From NCBI RefSeq assembly GCF_964355755.1, contig NC_092677.1, forward strand, positions 11,926,101 to 11,990,100: DNA of 64,000 nt, in the 5' to 3' direction. The position numbers and the translations under genes were made by a program. Positions 52,546-64,000 of this stretch are shown here, piece by piece. Position 1 is the stretch's first letter; each line of letters starts with the position of its first letter. The notes beneath the pieces are model-generated. The model was not told the origin of the DNA. It saw only the letters and a list, made by a program, of their open reading frames with translations, and made no database searches. This DNA is from Antedon mediterranea. Lineage: Eukaryota; Animalia; Echinodermata.

Positions 52546-53868
52546 TTAAGAACAGGTCAGAATACCCTGTCATACTTTTTGGGCATGAAAAACAGTTAAA
52601 AAAAATAAAACTGCAAGACATTTAATTGTTACAGTTATTACTAAGTGGAAATTGAATTATTGTTTTTCAAGCACATGGATTAAACATCATAAAATAAATT
52701 TAACAATAAAAAATTGGTTAGCACTATTTAAAAAAAAAACTTTTAAAAAGAAAACTGAACGTTTTAAATTAAAACAAAATAACATTTATTACGCTCAGCT
52801 GACACCTTGGCTAAGCTTGGCTTAAACACAATTTAACAAACGAATGTCCTTACTTAGAATAAACATTGCAAAATCTGGAATTTGTCCATGCTAATGAAAA
52901 AATGTATATACTTGATCTATTGACCATAACACAACATCAATAATTGTTAATATTAATATCTACAGGTTGAAAAAATATTAATTTATATAGATCTATTCTA
53001 TAATTTAATGGTCCATTGGTGATGATAAAAAATATAAATATTACACATCATATTAATGTTACATAGGAATGTATTCCAACTAATGTTAAATTATGGCATT
53101 ATTTTTCACTTTGCACGCACATACATACAGTAGAAGTTTAAGCACAGTCAACACAATCACATTGCAAACATAAGTCCATCTACCTGAGGATAAATGGATT
53201 ACATTATTTAAACGCAGAACTGTTGGATACAAACTGGTAAACCTGGCATTAACATTTAGATTTGATCAAGTTTGGTTTAGCTAGACCAATATGCAGTGCA
53301 TTGGCCTCCATTAAAAATCTGTTGAAAATTTGAGAAGGTGCTTAAAATATCCCAAGATTAGCTTATACTTGAATTAGAAAAATGTTACTGGTTTTTCTTT
53401 GTAAATGTAATAATATGTAAAGGCACAGACAAGGCAACTCTTCAGTCATTTTGGGGTCTATGCACCCCCCCCCCCCCCCCCAAAACATATTTCCAGCAGT
53501 AGGCCTACTAGTAACAAAGTAAACTGTTACAATACAATAGAGTACCCCTTTGAAGCTCCTTGTGCAGTGAGACAAGATTGCAAAAATACAATCTGTTTAT
53601 AGTTTCTTTGTATACCATGTACTATACTTAATACCAATCATTTGCAGAAAATACCCTATTAAAATAGGATTCCACAAATTGCGCATACAATTTGAATTCT
53701 ATTTTGACTATGGTTAATTTTAGTGCAAGTGACAAATAAAATTTCAGTGTTTTCAATTAACATATTTGCATTATGCTCTCACACGTTTACGACTAAGATT
53801 GAGGGGGCTCTCACATACGAGTAACTCACAGTAGCGCCAATATACAGAACACTAACTACACAATATTT

Positions 53869-56251
53869 TCATTGGTCAATTTTTTTACACGATTCAACAC
53901 CCTGTTTTGTAAGTAACTCTACCAAGTTGTCATGAAGCGATTCGCAGATCTTGCGATATCCATTGACCGTAAAGTGCAGGTAGTCGTACATGTCGCGGCA
54001 GTCTATTAGCCCATCCGATTGGACATAATCAGCATCTGTGCTGAAATAATCAGCGTTGGGAATAGTTTCAAGGAACTTTGCAATAAGTACGTTTACAGCA
54101 GAGTTCTTCTCGCGTAAGTGGTTTGGTTTTTGTCCTCTTGGAGGTAGACCCTGTATTGGAAAAAAACACCAACTGATTGCAAACATCCATATATGACCAA
54201 GTATACTGTAGTCCCAGGGGGCTTGTTTAGGAAATTGGGCAAAAATTAGGAGATGGGACTATACTAGGATTGTATATTAATGGAATAACTAAAATCTTAT
54301 GTATGAATTTGTTAGGGTAAATTTGGGTTTGGGATCATATTCAAGCATGGAATTCCTGTATATTCGGTTGAACCTCATTACTCTAGCAAGCACACAAGCT
54401 ATATGCATCTAGGAGGAAATGAGACACATTCTAAGCCACCAACTGTCCATGTGGCTCAAATTTGTATTAAACAGTGGATGAGAGGTGAAGTCAATTGTGC
54501 AGCACTTAATAGGCAGCTGTATTTCAATTTTTACAAATTCATAATTTGAAATTCTAAAAGATATCATCATTCGTGATTGTTTAATTCTCAAATTAAATAT
54601 AAACAGAAAACAACCTACCATGACAACAATATGAGATTGTGGTTGTTTTTCTGAGATGTACTTAACGATAGCTTCAACGCCACCTGCTACCTGATCCACG
54701 GTATGTTCATGATTATTGGTTCCAACTAAAAGCACAATTACCTGTAAAACAATTGAATAGATATTAATTCCAGACCATATCTTAAATCTTTTTTTTTTAA
54801 TTATTGGACGGCAGTGACATTTTTACAGATCCACAACTTGCACAACTTTGTTGACTATATTTATTTGTTTGTAACATGTCTATATAATCTGTGAATTTAA
54901 AATTACAACTGGAAAACCAATGGACAGAGGATAGTACCTAATGGTACTTTGCAGCTACTGAACAAATCTACACACTGGGATTGGGTCCAGGTGAACAATT
55001 TAAAGGGTGCATTAAGAAAAATGTGTCTTGTTTAACTGTGACTGTACTATATACCTTAGGCGAGATATTCTCTAATTCTCCATTCTGCACTCGCCATAGC
55101 ACATGTTGTGTGGCATCACCTCCAATGCCAAAATTAAGGCTATGTAAAGGCACAAACATCTCATTCCAAATCTAAATGAAATTATAAAGAAAAAAATATA
55201 CAAAATCATCTGGATTGTTCGGATCCAGCAATATATTTCTGGTGTAACAGAGAAAAACTGTTTTGAGACATTTAACTTTTAAGTAAGTGGGTATTCTTCC
55301 AATTTCTGTGAGTGATAACTTGGCTAAAATCATTTTTACATTACTAAAAATACAAAAATGTGTATTAATGAATAGTGACTTACTGTGGATTGTTCTAAGA
55401 GTTGAATAAGTGAATCACCTATAAATAACACATCTGGTTCTTTCTCATGTGCTGCAGCTACATATCTATCATGCTGTAAAGGTATAAATATTATTATTAA
55501 ATTTATAAATATAACAATCACTACTTTTCAGAATCAAAAATAATTCACACTATATACTGTATGTACTATTAATGGAAATAATTTTTATTTCTCATTTGTT
55601 TAAATATTATTAGTAATAAGTCATTAACAAAACTTAACAAGAAAAATATCAATACCATATGAAAGCCCCAGTGGTCTATAGTAATGGTTAGGGCATCTGC
55701 ATATCAAGCAAAAGGTTCCGGATTTAAATCGGCCGACGGAGAGGCAACTTTTTCTCATTCTCACAGATTTCCTAATCTTGACTTAATCGTTTCAAATTAA
55801 TTAATTTATATTTTTATAAATAAAAAGACGCCAGACTCAAGACATTCCATTCAAATAAAACGCACACGGACATAGGGCCTCATAGATAGGGCCTATCTAT
55901 ACAATAGTAGTAGGCCTATCATCATAGCAGTAATTATATATAGCTAAAATAGGCTAGGGCCTACCTAGCTATGCTAGAGGTAAGTAAGCGTATCTAGGCC
56001 TAGGCCTAGGCTTATGTACAGACGAAAGATCAAACCGGAAAAGCTACATACAGCACGCCCACCCACACATCATGGATGGGACACAGCTAGCAAGTAGCAA
56101 ACCATATCGGTCACATCCAAAACATAATTTAATCGGCTGAATTCAGCCCTACATTACAGCTTATGCTTACAATACACATCCAACGGCCGTCCCCTTGCAC
56201 ATCTTCAACGGGTACTGGTACAGCTGCCGGGTTTTCACCAACACCCGCCAT
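53869..56251 (-). CDS. PAFAH1B2: platelet-activating factor acetylhydrolase IB alpha subunit (SGNH hydrolase), 230 aa
   Basis: Exons 56251-56171 (NPAAVPVPVEDVQGDGRWM), 55473-55384 (VLFIGDSLIQL), 55171-55055 (LNFGIGGDATQHVLWR), 54741-54619 (GTNNH), 54150-53869 (DMYDYLH) total 693 nt. Probably co-orthologous to PAFAH1B2 and PAFAH1B3. Confidence 0.93.
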
Positions 56252-56470
56252 TTTTTTTATCAATTTTCTGTGACTTTTGGTCCTTTAATTTTTGCACACG
56301 AACGATCGCGAGCTCTCGTCCTCGTCGTCACGCTCGAGTTCGCTGCCTGGCCTAGTCTATTAATCCAGACTTACAAGTACTCATCACGCCCATTTTGCAG
56401 TTAAAACAATCCACCAATCGCTGGCGTTCTAATTTTACCGCTTGACTACGGGTAATCAATCGATCCAATG
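56246..56470 (-). promoter_or_regulatory. PAFAH1B housekeeping-type promoter
   Basis: CpG-rich; YY1-type AAAATGGCG overlapping the ATG, a TCGCGAG motif and CCAAT boxes. Confidence 0.45.
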
Positions 56471-58192
56471 AATAATTAAATCAATTACTCAATCAATTAA
56501 TGCAAATTTATTTTCAATTATCAATCAAAAAGTTTTACAAATTTATATGAATAATAAATCAATTTTTTGATTTTTTGATTTTTTAATTAATTAGAATTAA
56601 AATGATCGATTGAATGTGAATATTTCACAATCGTAAAGAAGTACCAAACTTTTTAAATGTTTTTTTTTTTATAGTAAACGGCAAGTGTAACAAACACTAT
56701 ATACACAAAATGGCTGTATAGCTAATTTTTTATTCATATATTTTCATTTTTATACATAAAAGAGAATAACTAGTAAGCATGTAGGTCCATTCAAACGCAT
56801 CCTTTGCGATTAATACCTGGACTAGTTACATAAAAAAAACACAAAACTACTAAGGTACACTCAGTAGAACACCTAGCCTATTAAGGGAACACCCTTGGGA
56901 CATAACAAAGTTCCCCTTAATACTGGTGTCCTTAAATAAGGATTGACCAGTGTTCAAACATATTATATCCCTGTTTCGTTTCACAGAAGTGTCCCTAACA
57001 AAGGGTTCTACTACAAATTTACAGTGATGATTGAGTGGTGTTTCACCATTCTCATCAAAGGACGTGAACCATTAATTGAATATTAGGTATTTATTGCCAA
57101 CAGTTTTGCCCGACAGATTTAACCACTCAACATACAAAATTCACTTTTGGAACCTAACTAAATAATTAAAATCATTGAAATGACCAATGGTCAAAACAAC
57201 ACGATTTAAACAATTATTGAAAGTCCAAATATTTTTTACCAAAATATCCAACTTAAATATGTATCCCTATAACGTGATATTTGCCATGGAAAGTTTATTT
57301 CAGATACAAAACAGTAAAAACATATTGAACTATTTAACTATATATTTTTTTAATAGTTAATTGATTATCCCAATTTTACTCATTACATTATCCCACGATT
57401 AAACACATATACTGTGAATAAATATGTTTACTAGCAGTACTTTTTGGTAAAAGTTCTGGAATAAAAAATTATAATTAAAACCATTCTGTGTACAAAAAAA
57501 CCATGCTACAAATAAAATCACGATAATCTCAGATACACACCCTTTAAAACATTAAAGTATATTAACCCTGAAAAAATCCTTAATATCGCTATACCAGCGT
57601 ATAATCACACGTTAAAGATACTGATTATCATACTTTATTGGATGAACAAGCACCCAGTCACTTACAAAATGGAACATTTTTTCAAACACCCAACAATTCT
57701 AAGAGAAAATGACTGCTGCTAGGCTAGTGAATTCTTGTGTGCAAGATAAGATACATCATGCCAGAATGTTTTTTTCTACATAGCAGCAAGTACTTTACCC
57801 AAGGGTTATGAAGAATTTCGCCCCATTAACTCCTTATTATTTAAAAATCGTAACCTAACCAGTTAATGATTTTTTCTTCTCAGTGTAGGGGTTAATCCCT
57901 CTAAGAGGCCACAAAGTGTACTTTTTCACACAAGTACGGAACAAATCCATCATATGGACAACAAGGTGATACTAACAAGTAGATTCTTCATCTGATGGAC
58001 ATATGCAAAACAGCTCTGTTGATTGGTCAGTTCACATCGTCATCTCCTAGCAACAGGAGCTTTATAATCTAACCCCTTGTGTATGCACTTATAGTGCTAA
58101 ACTCTTTTACCAAATTTGAAAACACATAAAAGTTCTTTTCCAAAGCTTTTTCAATCATTCTGTACATAGTTTACAAGTGGAATAAGTGTTTT

Positions 58193-61100
58193 TCAATTTG
58201 TTATTTCTATCGATCCCTGCTGAGCTCTCAAGAGATTGTTCTCGTGTTTCAGTTCTTCTAGTTGTTGTCGAAGTAGTTCGTTGTCAACTGAAAGCCGTTC
58301 AGTTTCCTTTACGCTTTCGGCCATTCGTGCATTGGCATTTCGCAGATCTTGAATGTAATCAACGGTCTTGCTCAGAATACCACCCTTGCTTTGCTACAAT
58401 GAAACAAATTAACAAATGTTAACAAATACCTCTTTAATTCTTTTATTCCTTTATCTATCAGGCTTTTACAATCATTTTTCATCAGAGTAATTTTGTAGCT
58501 CTGTTTTTTATCTTAAATATTGTTTTCATTTTCTGTGTACTGAAAATTTTGAACAAGTGTATGTCAAATGAATTTTGTATGAAATAGGATGCAGAGAGTG
58601 CACAAATATATTTGGGCATTTTTTTTTTGGGCCAATTAACTTACTTGTCCTTGCTTAGTGTGGTCCTGGTTACAATCTGGCACCAACTTAGAGAGCTTAA
58701 CAATCCAGTTATTAATCTTATCCCTGCGCCTTCTCTCGACTTCATTGTGGGTTGCTCGTCGACGCTCATCCCTAGCAGTTCTTCCGGTATCTAACTTTCT
58801 GTAAAAAATTATTGTCATTTTTATTATGAAATTATTGGTTTTCAATCAAAGTTTATTTACGAGTATATGCAGCAGATAATATTTGTTGCAGTGAATTAAT
58901 GTTTTGTGAACAATAATCGCAATTTGTGTTTAATTGCTCAGTTTAAGTTACATTTCTCTATGGAAATAAACAATTAAAATTTTAAATTAAAACAACGTTC
59001 TTATTAATGTAGCTAACGCCTTACAATAATATCAGATTACATGAACTAATCAATTGATTTAATCCTACAATTCAATAATTAGCATTCATTTAGCAAACGA
59101 AGGTCAACAGATTACTAATGTGAATAAGGACATAAAAGGGATGAGAGCAACGTGACCATGGGTGTGGTAAGCCTGCACACATCACTATTAGTCATGTATG
59201 GACTTGCTCCATCTTTGTGGTTTACTCAGATGGGAACGCAAGTGGAAATGGTCATTACAATAACACACCCAAACTTTGCACTTTTTGAGTCGGCTATTTT
59301 TTCTGCTTTGTCACTTATCAATACAGTACTTGCTCATGTAAAGTTTAGTTTAGGTAGGACTGAGCCTTATCCACTTAAGACTCTTACATTACAAAGTCGT
59401 TTGGTTGAAGAAGGGGGTTTGGGGGAAGAGATGGGGTGGAGAATATTCTCTCAAGTAAGGCTTTTGTACAAAGAAAAATCAACAATTTAGCTCAGTTCAA
59501 TGTAGTTAGAAATAGAACAGAATTTCAAAAATATATTTGATTATTTTATACAACCACCATAATACCAATAATCACCATTGTAATGCCAGCCTGTACAAGA
59601 GAGTATACTTACGGTGTATATTGTGTCCTGGGAGCAATTGTTCGTTGAGATGCGTTCTGCAACACGTCTTGAGGTGACATCATCACATAAAATTGACCTT
59701 AATGAGACAACATACAAAAACTTAGTCATCCATTTAGCAATATCTCACACCATGCTCTGATTACGCAACATACACAATACCAAATGTACTATTGTAAAAT
59801 TGTATATATCATTAATTAATGTATTAGATCATTAATTAATGTGCTAGGGCTAATTAATAGGATACGGGTAATTAACATGCTTTTGATAATTGTGTTATGC
59901 TCTGATATCACCCTCATACTTAAAATATGAAAAAAACAGAGATTGTTGTAATGTCGCCAGTTTGGCGCCAAGTAATCAATTATCAGAATCTAATATTTCA
60001 ATAAATGACTGCTAAAACATTAATAGCTATAGCTCCAACACCTAACGTCTTAAATTATATTATTTGCTATTAAAAGATAATTATCAACTCTATTATAGCA
60101 ATGAATAATATATTTAAGACGATTGTCTTTGATTGTACAGTATTCAAGAAAATTTCAGAAACACATTATTTGAGATTCTTTAACAACAACAAAATTTCTT
60201 TTTTCTTCAAGTTATTTGCTTATTATCAGTAGAAAACCTATAAAGGACAATAAGGTGCCATTAAAGAGTACCCTAATTCTGATTTATTTTTCATAAGTGT
60301 TAAAACTTAAATTCTCCTGCTGCCTCCACCTGTATTTGTTTCTTATCCTCTGAATGTCAGGTATTCCAAAGGAGGGGGTTCTACCATATTTACCACTTAT
60401 TTTAAACATACCTCCAGATTGACTGAGTGAGGCAGAATCTGAGTTCGTAGATGCTTGTCCAGACGTCCCAGATGACGTGATAGCATCGCCACTGACAGCA
60501 GCTGCTGGGAAATAGGTAAACCTTGTCTCACCGGTTTGTGTTTCTGATGTCGGACTGTCTCCATTAAACGGACTCTGGATTACAGCCTAAAAGAATAATT
60601 TTCTTTTTAAAATAGGCTGGGAGAATCAGTTGATACTTGGTCCCAAGGGAACCAACAACTGACGTGGCTAAAAAACGGTTGATCCCGATGGGCAACCAGT
60701 TGAAACACTTTCTACCAGATGTTTGTTCGGCAACCAAGAAATTGAGAAAATCTCAAACCCCTAAAAAATATTAATTCTGCAAGGCCAATAGAAAATCAAC
60801 ATCAAGATAATGTATATTCCGGCAAGTCATAATGTTGAAACATATCATTGAGAATCTGGGTGACACATAATCAGAAAAATATGAATTTATCACATTTAGT
60901 AATGAACAAAGAAATTAACACTGTAGTACTGTAGGCTGTTATCAACCGGAAAACAGGTAAACGTAACCTTGAATCATATTTTGCAGTCATTCTAAATTCA
61001 GCTTCCTGCTAATTCATACATTTATTTATAGTTTTAAATTATAAAAATAAATTAAATAATTGAAATGATATGTTGGCAACAAATAAAAAAAAATATTGAC

Positions 61101-63275
61101 AGATATCAACAAATATCAAGAATATAGAGATTAAGTACAGCACAAGTTTAAACAACTTCTGCCTGTCTAAGAACAATAATAATACGGTAAGCATAATCAA
61201 TATCATAGAGTTGTGAACAATTAATATTTATTAAGTGACTAGCTTTTACTGTAAATTTATAATTTTCACTTTATTAAAAAATGTCTCTAAAAATAGAGTA
61301 GAATGTAGACAGCGCTTTACTCTACAAATTTTAAGCTACAATATAAAAATAAGTAAACTTAGTTCCTTTTCCAATGATTTTGCAAGGAAAAATCTTAACA
61401 AAATGCATTCATACCTGGGTTACAGCTTGCTGTCCATGTGGAAATGAAGTAGTTGTAACAACATTCATCGTGTTCGGACTTCCGCCATCGTTTACTTGCA
61501 CTACACGATATGTCACCGGACCCTGACCGTTGTTGTCTGTACGGAATTGATACTGGATATTGTCACCAAAGTTTCCTCCGGGCATTACCGATGAACCATC
61601 ATCAGCTCCAGTTACACCATTATCTCCTGTAAAATAAAAAGACAACTGTTTTTAAAGCTCTGTCTACACTATCAAATTAGGACAAAAAAGGTTGATATGC
61701 CCAAATATGGTGTAGTAATATTTCTAAATATGGTAGTGATATGACATCATCATGTCCATATAGGCACATTGTTTGTGACATAAAGTTTGATAGTGTAGAC
61801 AAGGTTTCATAATTGTATCAGAAATATTTTAGATGTCAATTGTAGCTGTTCAATTTGCCTATTAGAAAATGGTAGTACACTTCTGTTCAAGAAAACTTGA
61901 TTCAAAACTACAGTTATTTAAATCATCAGATACAGTAAAAAAAAAAAAACTTAAATACTGTACAAACCAAGAGTCATGAAGATTAGCTAACGTCCAAATA
62001 ATATGTTTAAAAAATCCTTGTGAGATTTAAACTAGTATATTTAAACGACTGACTTTTACAAAGAGACTGTGAAACACTTGCCGTTATGTATCACTTTTAA
62101 CTCAACTAAAGCGGGAAGTTGGCTTAGAACACACGTGATAGTGATGCGTTAACATGTGGTTATGACGTCTAGTGTAATATGCTCTTAGAAAATTACTTTC
62201 AATTTTAGAAAAAAAAAAATTTCCAGCCAGGTTGATGACATTCAACTATTATTGAAGTTTCAATTATGTTATTATACTGTATCTCTCTTAAAACTACTTG
62301 GCAGATAATTAAACAAAATTTATGAATACTGTACTGTACAATACAGTCGCGTAGTATACAGTAGTTGCTGATAACTCTGTGTTGTTTTTTAAACTATGTA
62401 TGAATTGAATATTTTGATATTGATGTAATTTGGTGAAAACAAGCGTTTCGCATTAAAACGCTATAAAGTACTGTAGAGAGGTTCATAAAAACATAATTTT
62501 AGCTTCAAGAAAATCAATTTTTTTATTTTTTTTATTAAACGTCTGCCATTCAGCTGTGAATAGGCTGGTGTACTATAGTTTAATTACAATCTGGCTAATT
62601 AATTAACCAGTATGTTAAGGCTAAACAGACTTAGTGTCACTTTATGAAAACAAAATATCCATTTCCTAGTGTCTGTATTCACATTTCTTGGCGCCACTGA
62701 TGATTTTTTTGTACAAATAATTCACAACCATGTCAGTATTGAAAAAATGTATTATTACGTATCAACAAGATTAAAATACATATATTTCCATGGTAACTAG
62801 TCACATGTATTTCATGAGTATATTGTAACACAGGAAATAATAAGACGTAAACCATCCATAAGGGAAACTACAGTATACCCCAAACATAAACCACTTTCTT
62901 TTCTTTATCTATAAATTATTATAGAAAAAAAACCCAATGTATTTTCTATCAGTTTTAGAAAGAAGGGATTTTTACAATTTTGTTTTAAATGTAATCTACT
63001 AAAACTAAAATATTATACTTTAATTTATAATGTTCATAAAATAATTATGAAATCTTATTAATAAAATGAAAAACTTTATTTACAATTTTAAAAATCAGTA
63101 TTGTATGATAAATGGTTTGCACATTATTATTATATATAGCAATACACAGTAATACTTCTTAGAAACTTTTAATTTTTGTACTGTGGACAAATAAAATGTG
63201 TTTTTCTTACCATCTCCATGGGATATTTCAATGGTGGGATCCTTCTCCAGATCAGAGTCTGATTTGTCTTGAGTA
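58193..63275 (-). CDS. USF: upstream stimulatory factor, bHLH-ZIP; 5'-partial, start exon beyond the window
   Basis: Exons 63275-63211, 61626-61415 (NIQYQFRTDN...VTYRVVQV), 60586-60412 (ETRFTYFPA), 59697-59613 (USR: QFYVMMSPQDVLQ...RTIAPRT), 58798-58645 (RDERRRATHNEVERRRRDKINNWI), 58393-58193 (SKGGILSK plus zipper, TGA). Phases are consistent. Confidence 0.95.
61656..61805. mobile_element. MITE family A copy
   Basis: Same family; lies ~30 nt upstream (transcript orientation) of the USF acceptor at 61626. Confidence 0.75.
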
Positions 63276-64000
63276 CTGGAAGTAAACATGAACAAATGTT
63301 ACTAACAATATTCATATGGTTACAGAAATTTATGTTAAATTTAAGTCACAATGGGCTACAATTCAATTATTAATATTTATTTCTTTCAAATAAGATAATT
63401 CTTCAAATTTTTGAAAATGAAAGTTCAATGGTAATTACAATTTGTGAAACAATGAAAGCAGCTAAGACCCAACAATATAATCATTTTGGACAATACATGA
63501 AACTTGTGTTGGCAAGCCATAAACATTTGTATAATTATAACAATGATTTTAAACATACAAATTACTACTGTAGGCCTATGTATCACAAAAAACAATAATA
63601 ACACACAAAAACAATACAGTTAACAAACAGTAAAGTACTGTATCATAGGAAAAATACATTTTAATATAATGTATTTTTTTTCCACTTACCTAAAATAAAA
63701 ATGAATAGGTTTTGTCAAAATACGAACCATGATTTCAAACTACACTAAATTGGAATAATTCACTTTTTACCAAAACAATAAATTCCTGCTAAGTCGATAG
63801 GAAAACCTCCAATACAATCAATTATCTACAGTACTGTAGTAATGTGTAATTTGTGCCTGCACAACAGCTTTGGAATCCAAGGAAAAAAAGTTGTCTAAAT
63901 CTAGTTAAACAAATCTCTTTAAACTTTGAATTGATTCAAGACCAGCTTGAATCAAGTGTAACGAATTATAGGAGTCCTCCGTGTTGGCTAGCTATTCGGT

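Noticed and set aside
55664-55730. tRNA-like sequence in PAFAH1B intron 1 (similar ones at 18810-18970)
   Set aside because: B box and stems are decayed; SINE relic rather than a tRNA.

Overview
AT-rich, intron-containing animal genomic DNA; the USF protein closely resembles sea-urchin USF as I recall it, which suggests an echinoderm. The supplied ORF track is mostly spurious, so I rebuilt genes from GT-AG exons with consistent phases. Six protein-coding genes: (1) a VWCE-like secreted EGF/cbEGF protein (- strand, 11 exons from 34879 to 3267, probably continuing out of the window); (2) an SLC22A15-like organic ion transporter (+, 10 coding exons, 501 aa); (3) a 156-aa protein with SAXO/TEX45-like motifs (-); (4) an Sp17-like RIIa D/D protein with an acidic tail (+, head-to-head with gene 3); (5) PAFAH1B2/3 (-, 230 aa); (6) USF bHLH-ZIP (-, first exon outside the window). 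Introns and intergenic DNA hold many MITEs, tRNA-derived SINEs, a solo LTR, LINE tails, two minisatellites and a ~2 kb tandem duplication. Most notable: a duplicated, oligo-T-terminated, highly structured Pol III-like RNA with a tRNA cloverleaf whose anticodon loop is only 3 nt; two nested P-type elements that place a promoter-like cassette and splice donor in SLC22 intron 1; a TAGGCCTA signature in first introns; and a ciliary-type bidirectional gene pair. I see no clear new protein-based system.
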